Source: Pelomyxa schiedti
Lineage: Eukaryota; Protista; Evosea
Assembly (NCBI GenBank): GCA_020536535.1
Contig: JAHLWZ010000125.1
Location: forward strand, 1 to 33,230
Direction: 5' to 3'
DNA length: 33,230 nt
The notes beneath the pieces were generated by a model that saw only the letters and a program-made list of their open reading frames with translations, did no database searches and was not told the DNA's origin. Each line of letters starts with the position of its first letter. The stretch's first letter is position 1. A program made the translations under genes and the position numbers. This document shows positions 10,001 to 20,688 of the stretch, piece by piece.

Positions 10001-11695
10001 ATGTGGGGGTGGTTTGGCGGCACAACAACCAAACCACTACCAACGCCGACAAACGAAGTTGTGGGCTACAATGGTGAGATGAAGGATGGTGTGAGGCACG
10101 GCCGAGGGTTCTGGAGNNNNNNNNNNNNNNNNNNNNNNNNNNNNNNNNNNNNNNNNNNNNNNNNNNNNNNNNNNNNNNNNNNNNNNNNNNNNNNNNNNNN
10201 NNNNNNNNNNNNNNNNTTGCCATACCATTTCCCACAACAAAGAAAAGGAAAAGAAGGGGAAGCAAGCAACACAGCAGTGGCACAAGTGAAGGTGAGGATG
10301 AAACCAGTGATGACAATCATGGAGTCTGATCTGAGCCTTGTTTCCACACTGGGGAGCGGGTGTTATGGAACTGTTTACAAGTACATCCACACGCCATCGT
10401 CAAAGGAAGTTGCCGTGAAAACACTCTTTGAGGTGATTGCATCACCTCACAATGATGAGAGATTCAGATTGGAAGCTGAGGTTTACTTTTTTTTTTTTTG
10501 CTTCAATGTCTGCCTGACAAAACACAAGATCGTGAGTGGATTGAGGCACCCCAACATTGTGAAGTGCCTTGGAACATGCACAACAATATCTGGGAAACTG
10601 TTGATTGTTTCTGAGCTCATGTGTTGCAGTCTCAGACAGCTTCTGAAACAAATCTGAGGTGATCCTTCAAAGAGGCAACTCAGTTTCAGAGAAGTCACAG
10701 CCATTGCCCTTGGAGTTTCAAAAGGAATGGACAGTCTTCACAGGTTTGTGTGCAGTTTTTTATACTCTCTCCTTCACTCACACAGGCAAAATATAATGCA
10801 CCGAGACTTGAGCAGCAACAATGTTCTCTTTGACTCCAGTGGAACACCAAAGATTTGTGACTTTGGTGTGCACAGGTCAGAGGTTGTGTATTCTTATCAG
10901 TTTGAAAACAGGTGGATCACGTGGAATGAACAACACACAAGCAATGAGCAGTGGAGATACAACCATTGGACCAGGAACTCCAATTCACATGGCCCCACAG
11001 ATGTCAACAAATCATTACTCAATTCAAGGTTGTTGCTTGGTGTCCTCTCTAAAGACTAAGAACAGTCTCAGGAGACATGTGGGGATTTGGTGTTCTTCTG
11101 ACAGAGATGATCAACTGTGACATTGTGGACTCAACCTTTGACAAGCTCCCTCTCCGCTCTCAAGCCACTTTCATGGAGGACCAAATGAAGCAACTTTCAG
11201 CTCCTGATGTGGAAGGTTGATTGGCAAGTCACACCAGCGAGAACTAACCAACAGAAAGAGGTTCGAAGACTGTGCGGGGAATCAAGTGAATCGGCAATTG
11301 CACACTGCCTCAGCAGGAGGAATGCTTGCCTTGATGTTGTGAACCGCCGCACACACTCCCCAGATGCACTGGCCCAAGTTCAAACACCAGCAGCGGCAGA
11401 CCTCATGTTCCTTGTTGTCAATTCGTGCCTTTCCATCCTCGGTGAGTGTGTAACTCCCAACTCCCAATCTTGGCACCGCTAAACCAAAAAAACAGAGAGA
11501 GACCGAATTCCGTTCAGTGTGATTGTGTTGTTGCTCCGTTGTTGTTGCACGTCAGCAACAATCCACGAAATTCAGAGCCAAGTGACCGACGACCAAGTGA
11601 CCAACAGCGTCGCTCAGTGGTTGTCATCGCTCTCCCCTTTCATTCACCGCCTCGCTGCTGTTTCCACAACAACCAACACCCCTTCCTCGTCGTGA
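10001..11695 (+). pseudogene. K3: MORN-kinase copy with in-frame TGA; chimeric kinase; spans an assembly gap
   Basis: MWGWF start, then N gap, then kinase exons. In-frame TGA at 10655-10657 with the frame continuing into GDPSKRQLSFREV. The two sides of the gap may belong to different copies. Confidence 0.75.
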
Positions 11696-11719
11696 TCACA
11701 CTGATCAATGAACTTTTAG

Positions 11720-11907
11720 AAAAGTGATTGTTATGACAACATCGACTGTGTGGAGTAACGCAACCACGACACCGATTTGTGACACAATGCGCACAGGCGA
11801 CATATGTAACCTTTCTTTTGTTTGAGCTCAAACTGATTCACACATAAGCTTGATTAGGGTGGGCTCATTTGCGCATTGTGTCACAAATCGGTGTCATAAT
11901 CACTTTT
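11720..11907. mobile_element. Foldback / MITE-like inverted-repeat element
   Basis: Perfect 26-bp inverted repeat, 11768-11793 vs 11870-11895. Outer imperfect arms AAAAGTGATT(GT)TATGAC / GTCATAATCACTTTT. Internal palindrome TTTGAGCTCAAA. No clear TSD. Confidence 0.5.
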
Positions 11908-11999
11908 CGCTTAAATTGCCAAAGAGTACTACCCGACGTTGCTGCAGTTTGCTTGCTTTTCTTTTTTTTATATTTTATCAAAACAATAGTTTGATGTGA

Positions 12000-12770
12000 A
12001 GCGCCTCTGCTTCGGAGCTGTGTGGGTCGGCAATTGCACGCACGCTGCCTCGGCGCCGTGAAGGAACTCTCCCGAATCCCAGCTATTTACATCGTGTGGA
12101 ACAGCATTGCCGGCAACAGCCATGGTTGACCTCATGTTCATTGTTGTTCAGTCATGCTTCTCGATTTTGGGGTGTGTCTAACTTTCTACCCCAGTTTGAG
12201 AGGAACCCCTGATTCGGCATTATTTTTCTTGCATTCCTGTCAGGCTCCTCTCAACAATGAAGATCCTTTCTCACCTCCTCCCGTTGCTGGTTTGTTTGCT
12301 TCTCTTCATATTTCTCATAACAATCTAAAAATTCATTAATTGATACGCAAAAAACAGTACTTTCGATTTCTTGCAGTCACAACAACACAGGTGTGATCAT
12401 GAAAGTGAACAGGAAGGTGAAACAACAACAAGCCGGAAAGAACTGTTGATGGAACAAAGAAGAACTTACATTGCTGAAGTGACTTAAAGCTTGTCGCGTC
12501 GTTCCTGCTTTCCCCTGGGGGATTTCCAGCTATTTCCGGAATCCCGGTAATTGATGCCGTGAACTGTTAACTGTTTCAAGGTAAAAACCTAAAATGAGTC
12601 AACCCCCAAAAAAACACCACTTAGCAACAACAAAAAGGTTGTGAAGATGGAAGTTGAGAAGCACTTTGGAGTGGATGACAACCAACAGGTTGTCTCTTTG
12701 GTTGGAGCAACACAGGAAGAGATGACACCTAATCTGATGCTTACTAAAAGTTGGTTTTTGATTTCTGGGA
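12000..12770 (+). pseudogene. Degenerate kinase C-lobe and linker fragments
   Basis: 12050-12320 repeats 8860-9130. 12641-12770 encodes a truncated VKMEVEKHFGVDDNQQ exon. Confidence 0.7.
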
Positions 12771-12798
12771 ACATGCTCATCAGGGGCGATGAAGTGGT

Positions 12799-15700
12799 TC
12801 ATAGGTGTATGAAAGGGGAGAGGGAGTACAGCCACTGTGTGATGCAGTCAGTCACTTGGTCGTCGGTCACAGTGCATGTACCACTACGCATGGTGATGTC
12901 ATGTATCACGGCTGATGTGCAACAACATCGCAGAAGCTGAACAATCACTGAGAACGGAGCCCGGTTCCTCTCTGTGAACTGGTGAGAAGAGTGATTTGAT
13001 GATTGCCAAGAAACACACCAAGAATGGAGAGGCATGACTGAACAACAATGAACATGAGGTAACCCGCTGTTGTTGGCAATGCTGTTGTTGTTGTTCCACA
13101 CAGCGATGTCAAGAGCGGCGATTCAGGAGAGTGTGTGAAATAGTTCACGGCAGCAAGACCTGCATTCCTCCTGCTGAGACAGTGTGCAATCGCTGACTCT
13201 CCGGCTTCATAACACAGTCTCCTCACCTCTTCTATTGTTAAAAGTGGAAGGATATGATATAGCAACTTATTTGATTCGGAGAGAAGTTATATAAAATTAT
13301 TGTATAAAATTGAAATAAGAAAACAAACCAGCAACATCAGGAGGTGAAAGTGTACACATTTGTACACCCAAGAAATTTGCTTGCATGTGTAAGGGGAGAT
13401 TGTCAAGCGTGGAATCAACAATATCGCCATTGATCATCTCTGTCATGAGCATTCCAAACCCCCACAAATCCCCTGTTGTATTGTAAAAGTAGAAAGAAGG
13501 GGTACAGTCGCACCCTCAATTGCGTAGTTGGTTGTGAACATCTGTGGTGCCATATGGACCACAGTTCCAGGAACAATGGTTTGTAGCCCGCTCTTTGGTG
13601 CATGTTGGTTCATTCCACGGGATACTCCTGTTGCAAGTCAGCAAGAAAAGATCCATTGTTGTGAATGTGATCGAGCTGGAACACACCAAAGTCACAAATC
13701 TTTGGAACTCCATTCGGGTCAAAAAGGACATTGTTGCTGCTCAAGTCTCGGTGCATGAACTTCTGCCTGTGTTCAGAGTGAGGGACTGTGATGTTTTTGT
13801 TTTGTTGTGTTAACATCACACCTGTGGAGGCTGTCCATTCCATTGGCGACACCAAGTGAGATGGAGACCAATTGTTTGAAGTCAAGTCGTTGCTTCATTG
13901 AATTGCACCTTACATACTTTAGCAGCTGCCTGAGACTACAACACATGAGCTCAGACACAATTAACAGTTTCCCAGATGCTGTTGTGCATGTACCAAGGCA
14001 TTTCACAATGTTTGGGTGCCTCAATCCACTCACGATCTGTGTTTGTAGATTGAATGGTGAATGAAACTGAAGGAAAATGAAAACCTCGGCTTCCAATCTG
14101 AATCTCTCAACATTGTGTGGTGATGTGATAACCTCCAACAGAGTTTTCACAGCAACTTCCCTTGACAATGGAGTGTGGATGCACTTGTAAACAGTTCCGT
14201 AACAGCCACTCCCCAGTGTGGAAACAAGGATCAGATCAGACTCTGGGATTGTCATCACAGGTTTCATCTTCACCTTCACTTGTGCCACTGCTGTTCCTTT
14301 TTGAAAAGTGAATGGGATGGTAAATAAGAAGGACAAACCTGATGAGGACAAGGTGGGTTGTGGAAGAAGAGAGGACAACGTTGATGAAGTGTCAGAGAGT
14401 GACACCTCCTGTGTTGCTCCAACCAAAGATACAACCTGCTGGTTTTCATCCACTCCAAACCGCTTCTCAACTTCCATCTTCACAACCTTTTCTTGTAGAA
14501 TGGGTGGTTTTTTGTTATTGCAAGAGAGATACCTTGTCAAGAGGGCACCTCGTGCAAAATGAGTCATGAAATGTGATGTTGTGTCTTTCCAGTGTAATGG
14601 AAATTTCCTCCATCACACACCTGTTGTTTCCTGGAGAACCGTTTGTTTTGGACCATGTTCCCTTTTGAAGGTGTTGCAACGTGTGTTCAAAATCTGATTT
14701 GGGGTGTTGGGTGATAGGTAATATTGAGGGAAGAACATACACTCCTCTTGATCCATGAACTGCTTGGTTTGTAGCCCCATTACTTTTGGGAATTAATATG
14801 AAACATTGATGGAAATTTCAAAGGAAACACACACATTCTGTTTGCTCCTCAAATTTGTTTTGAAGAACCTGCAGTGCCTCCCTTGTTCTTTTTGTTTCCA
14901 GCAATGCTTCCTCTTTTTCGTTTGACAGATTTTCCAGCTTGTTGTTTAACAGCTTTGTACGTACATACTCAAGCTCAGTTTGTTCCCTAAGGTGCCTTGC
15001 AGTTTCTAAGGTCACTTTTGGATTTTAGAGTCACAAGCTTTCAGGAAGTACACACATTCTGTTTGCTCCTCGAATTTGTTTTGAAGAAACTGAAGTTGCT
15101 CCCTTGTTTGTGCTGCCTCCATCCAGCCTTCCTCTTTCTCTTTTGACAACTTTTCAACCTTGCAGTTTGACTCCTTGATTTGAATGTCCCTCACTATCAG
15201 AGATCAACAAAAGTTTTTTTTGACAAAGTACACACACTCAGTTTGTGCCTCAAGTTCCTTTTGAAGATCTTCAACACCTTTCCTTGCTTTCATCATGGTC
15301 TCTGTTTTCTCTTTAGCCTGTCGTTCAACTTGGATTTGGAGCTCTGAGAGTTCCCTCTCCAACATTCTCATTTTTTCCTGTTTGACAATGTTATTCAATC
15401 ATTTAATCATAGACGCACACCTCCAGTTGAATGTCACCAGATCCAATGCAACAGCACATTCTTCTTCCACCACCACATTTCGTTTCTTGGAAAACATTCT
15501 CTTTGAAAGTCCCAACAAGTGTCATTGTGGTGCTGGTGCCACACCTGAACGTGGCCATGCCATCACCGCACCCACCGTTCATTGTGAATTTTCCAGTGAA
15601 TTCATCACCATTTGGCCACCTCTTGGTGCCTGACTTGATCACACCCATCTCCCAAACACCACCAATTGCGGTACCGTCAGTTGCCCACATTTTTGTGCCT

Positions 15701-16374
15701 GCCCCATGCTCCTTCCCACTCAACCAAAGGCCCTCGTACCTTGTTCCATCATTCCAAATCCTGACACCCCTCCCATGGAATGTGCCATCCTTCCACTCCC
15801 CAATATAACTTCCTCCTCCATGGCTGTTGTCACCAAACAGTGCCCTTCCTATCCCGCTACTCTTTCCGTGATCAAACTGACCACGGTAGATGTCACCAGT
15901 GTCAGGTGAGTGCCATGTACCACAGCCATGCCACTTGTATCCATCCCACTCACCCTCATACACTGTTTCCAGAGCCACAGCACAGCTGCCATCATCTCCC
16001 ATCTTCTTCACTCTACTTTGCACACCCCACCCCTGCATCATTTCAGATTTTTTGGCACCATTCCCAACCCATTCCCATTCTCCCTCAAAAACATCAACAC
16101 CATTTTTGTGGTGGAATGTACCCCTCTTGCGGTGGCCGCCCCTGTACAGTCCCTCAAACCACTTTCCGCTTGGAAAGTGGTACACACCCCAGCCATCCCG
16201 CGTGCCATTGCGCAGCTCTCCCTCATACGTGTTGCCGTTGTCGTACCTCATGGTCTCCCGCCCGTGTTTCACTCCACCCTTCATCGTCTCACCAACTTTT
16301 TCTGTTGACGCCCGTGTTGCCGTCGTAATTACTACACGCGCAGTGGTCGCTTTTGCTAAAGGAGCCGCAGACAT
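12799..16374 (-). CDS. K4: MORN - extended coiled coil - UBL-like - TKL kinase (inverted copy)
   Basis: ATG at 16374 (MSAAPLAK). MORN exon, four coiled-coil exons (15236-15377, 15056-15193, 14835-15014, 14741-14782), then GSGCYG, VAVK, HRDLSSNN, DFG, HMAPQ. Stop at 12799. Confidence 0.85.
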
Positions 16375-17459
16375 TTTCCCTTGATTTCTAAGAAGAAAAC
16401 CGTTCCGAGGTGTGCCGCTCCACCAGAATCGTTTTGGTGGCAGCACGGTGTGTGTGTTCGTCGAATCGGGTACCGCCGCGGCATACTATATCTAAATGGG
16501 CTTTGGCGATTGTTCAGTGGCTTGTGTCTTTGATTATCTCCAACAACCACCAAAAAAATCGTTGCTACGAGGGGAGACTATGCCACCACCAGTGGAAAGG
16601 AACAAGCGCGGTACTCTCCCATTTGCTTTTCGTCGTCTTTCCCGCCACACACCGTTCCATTTGCTTGTTTATTATTTTATTTATCATAGTGGTGTTTCTT
16701 TTTGTGTTACTATTTGATATCTTAACATAATCATGATCCAGTTGCCTCTTATGCAAAGTTAATGCATTAACTTTTTTATAAATGCGGTCTTTTTTCCATT
16801 AACCTGGTCACAAGCTCCGGGATTACACAGTATTTACGGTAGTTCCACTGATGTGCTTCTTTCTTCGTTTTCTCACGTAAGATGATTTAGGTGCCGGGCA
16901 TGGTGGAGGTAATCCCAGCTGGCTAGGTAGAAAACCTTCCTTCTGTTTTTTCCCCGCTGGCACGGTGGTATATGCTTTTTTGACTTCCCCCGGTGTAGAA
17001 AGATGAAAGAAAAGAGGAATTGGGATTTTACGTGCCTTTGACCCGAGGAAAACAACACTTATTGTGTTCAACGTTCCTTGTCCGTGTTGTTTCTTCTTGT
17101 TCTTTGCCAGATTTACCTTAATCCAGTGAGTCGGCGATTGCAAATCGTGTGGGAACAGTATTGCCGTCAAGTCTTAGTTATACCCTGTGGAACTCAGGCA
17201 CTACTCTCTTTTATTTTTTTTTTTTTTTGCGAGTGATACAGGATAATCTACACAGACGGCCATTATTTGTTTTCTTTCTTTCTTTATTTGCCACAAAAAT
17301 ATAAATAGTTAACAGCAAGACCGGCATTTTTCCTGCTTCTCAGGCCATTGTTGAGTGACTGTAGAAAGCAAACCAGAAACGCTTGCAAAGCAATACAATA
17401 CCAATTGTTGAAGTGAATCAGTTCTCACCAGTTAACCGGGTTCCGTGAAGCAGTTTGGA

Positions 17460-18064
17460 CAATACTTCTTCTTTATTTTTCATTTAATAGTTCTTTAAGT
17501 TCACCACTGTGTTTGTATATTTATTTCTCTGTTCTCCGAATAAGATAAGCTGATCTAAAGCACTTCTAATTTGTCACGCATTAGTTCACATCTCACCAAT
17601 TGATAGGGAGGAACAACTTTGTAAGATCTTCCCCCTTGGGTGCCGCAACGATCCTCTTGTTAGTTTGCTTGTTTCTATTAAATTTATTGAATGCCCACAC
17701 GACCCACATCATTGCACACTGTCTCAAGCAGCAGAAGATATTCTGGCCTTGAACTATTTTAAAAACACTTATAGGGTCCCGTTCACAGTCTGCAGCAAGC
17801 GATATTGAAAAAAAAGAGTATCATTGGTGCTGGTTTGCTTGCTCCTTTTTATTTCAATTATTGTAAAATAATTTAATAGTTTGAATTGTTGTTGAATCTT
17901 CCCTTCAAAAAAAATAAGTTGATGAAAAAGCACTTTCAATTTGTCGCATGGTAGCCCACTTCTCACTGGTTCCCTTGCCAAGATTATTTAGGTGTAGGCC
18001 GACTTACCAAGGTAAATTCCCTTTTTATTATCACCCCACTCAACAACAACAGGACCCTGTGGGA
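17460..18064 (+). repeat. About 600-bp non-coding segmental duplicate (copy at 32661-33230)
   Basis: Near-identical sequence with scattered substitutions and one indel near 17890-17940. Contains a kinase relic (ATTGCACACTGTCTC). Confidence 0.9.
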
Positions 18065-18338
18065 TGCCAGAAGGGCAGACGAACTAACACCCCTTTGCTC
18101 TCGTTCTCTTGTTCTTGCTCTCTTGCTCTCGGTCTTTCTCTCTTGCTCTCACTCTTGCGCACCTACACCACTCCACTGGGCTCCTACGTGCCACTCTGCC
18201 ACATTCCCAACCTACACTCACTCCACTTCTCCATGATGTTCCCTGGCAATGCTTGTTTCTTTTTGCCAGGTAACTTGGCGTCATCACAGAGGACACACCC
18301 AAGTCGGTTTTTCTCTGGCCACCAAAGACACTAAAAAA

Positions 18339-20579
18339 ATGTTTAGCGTTTGTTCAATAACACCAACAGCGACAGCCACTACCACTCGTCCAACCACAAC
18401 CACAACCAAAACACCACCACCAACACCAGCAACAAACAAAGTTGTGGGCTACAGTGGCGAGACAAAGAACGGCGTGAGGCACGGCCGAGGGTTCCAGAGG
18501 TGGGACAACGGCGACACCTACGAGGGCGAGTGGCACAAGGGCCAGTGCGACGGGTGGGGTGTGTTCCACTGGGCCAGAGGCGATTGGTTCGAGGGACTGT
18601 TCAGGGGCGGCCACTCCCAGAGGGGAACAATCCACAGCAGAGGTGGTTGTGTTGAATGGGAGGGGGAATGGAGGACCACAGAAAAGAACCCCGCATTTTG
18701 GGGTGTGGAAAGAAGAGCCAAGAAGACGGAGACAACTGGTGATGGTCACGCAACTGCGACTGTGGATAATGTGTACAACGGTCAGTGGGATGGGTACAAG
18801 TGGAATGGCTGTGGCACATGGCACTCTCCTGACACTGGGGATATCTACCATGGTCAGTTTGATCATGGAAAGAGGAGCGGCACTGGAAGGATGCTGTTTG
18901 GTGGTGACAACAAGAGTGAAGGGGATGGAGGAGGGAGTTACATTGGGGAGTGGAAGGATGACATGTTCCATGGGAGGGGTGTGAGGCTGTGGGCAAACGG
19001 TGACAGGTATGAGGGCCAGTGGAAAGATGGGAAGGAACACGGAGAAGGAATGAAGAGGTGGTGCAGGGATGGGTCATCATTCAGTGGGTTGTGGGAAATG
19101 GGTGTGCCAAAGAAGGGAACGAGGAAGTGGCCAAATGGTGACCAGTTCGAAGGCATATTCACGCAGTCATCACAATGTGGAGGGAGTGGTGGATGGGGGT
19201 GTTGTGGTGAGGGTGTTGTGACGCTCTCCTCAGAAAATAATAGTCTGCTTCATTTTAGGGGTTTGCTCAATGGCAACACTTTCCAACAAACAATAACGTA
19301 TTGTGCTGAGAATTATGAGGCTTCTCTGGTTCGACATAAAATGGGATTGTATCTGCAGACTGAAGTGTGTATGAGAGAGGGAAACCACCAATTTCTTGCT
19401 CTCCCTGCACTGGAAAATGCTTTCACACTGGCAACACAGTTCCAAACCCAGCTACAAAAAGCATCATCTGAGTTTGTTTTGCTTGAGAAGTCACTGGCCA
19501 CCATCATTCAGAGCCTCCAAGGTGCCACACAACACAACCAGTCACTGGCATCACACTTGAGGGAACTTGTTGCACTGAAGGATGGACTGGGAAAGAAACT
19601 TGATGCAACATGTGAAGAGTGCAAGAAGGCTCTTGGGCAGACTCTGACGGATCAGAGCAGTGAGTCAGAGATTCAGCAGTGCTCCAGGAACATCTCAGAG
19701 TTGACAAAGAAGTTGTTGGAAATCAAGCCAGTTACCCCTGTGATGGAAGCTACTGTCCTGGTTCCGTCACCACCAAAAGGTATCCTCCCAAATAATGTTG
19801 AAAAAGGTAACAATTCCCAAACAGGATTTCATTACTTGATGCAACCTTTGATTTTGCGTGTGCAACAACCCCCAGACGTTCTGTCCACCACAGTGGCACC
19901 TTTCAATCTGTTGACATACACATTGTCCCTGCTTCAAGGGTGCAACTTTTCAGAGTGCACAATGCTTGCAGACAAACACACCATGCTGTCAAAGGAACTT
20001 GCTGAGCAGATCACATTGGGCCACAACCTCCACAATCAAATCGAGAAAATGCAGGGAGCATGCACAGACCTGATGAGGGAACACAAGTCCAAGTGGATGT
20101 TGGTACGTGGACTGGAGGGTGATGAGCGGTTCATCCAGTGCCCTGACGTGCAGTCACTTCTCTCTCCGTTGCTCCCTCAGGCTCAGCAGGCCATTATTGA
20201 CCTCATGGTGTCCAAAGCAGCGTCACTGGCTGCTGCACTTTCCTCGTCTCAGAAGATTCATCAGCAACAGATTCAACAACCACAGCAACCACCAGGCACG
20301 GCCACAAAGAGCCCTGCTCTTCAAGGTTGCACTGCTGCACAGCAACAACTCACAACACCAGTATTAGTAGAGGTTTGCATTGAGTGTGATGAGGAGCCAC
20401 CCAATGTCATTCTGCACCCCTGTGGACACGCTGTTCTGTGCTCTGAGGTTTACTCCTCCTTTTATTTTTCTTCCCAAATTTGCGACCAACCAACCAACCA
20501 CAACACATAGTGTGCAGCGACAGTGAGAAAGTGTCCTCAATGCAGAGCCCCAATCACTCAGAAACAGTTGAAACAATAA
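18339..20579 (+). CDS. RING-A: MORN repeats - coiled coil - C-terminal C3HC4 RING E3 ligase
   Basis: Long ORF with MORN repeats and a heptad-rich middle. Spliced RING CIECx11CGHx3CSE|Cx6CPQCR has IAP/neuralized-type spacing. Stop TAA at 20579. Confidence 0.88.
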
Positions 20580-20688
20580 TAAATTTTTTTTTATTAAAAT
20601 TTAGGTCTGGTGATCATTTTCGACCAAGTTGTTCTTCTTACCAAACCCAAACATCGTCGTCGCCAACAGAAAAAAAACAACATCAAAA

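Noticed and set aside
10655-10657. In-frame TGA as selenocysteine or a recoded codon
   Set aside because: TGA terminates other genes here (K0, K1, K2), the position is variable in paralogs, and no SECIS was recognised. A nonsense mutation is simpler.
16813-16920. Alu/7SL-like words GCCGGGCATGGTGG...GTAATCCCAGCT with a short closing inverted repeat
   Set aside because: Only two short matches with a deletion between them and no further SRP/Alu similarity. An Rfam search would settle it.
18090-18150. TC-rich and (ACA)n low-complexity tracts
   Set aside because: Short simple sequence with no sign of an organised repeat.
18354-19040. Long antisense ORFs over MORN exons (also 1638-2246, 25171-25830 and others)
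   Set aside because: Pro/Leu/His-rich shadows of Gly/Trp/Glu-rich GC-biased codons; no independent coding signal.
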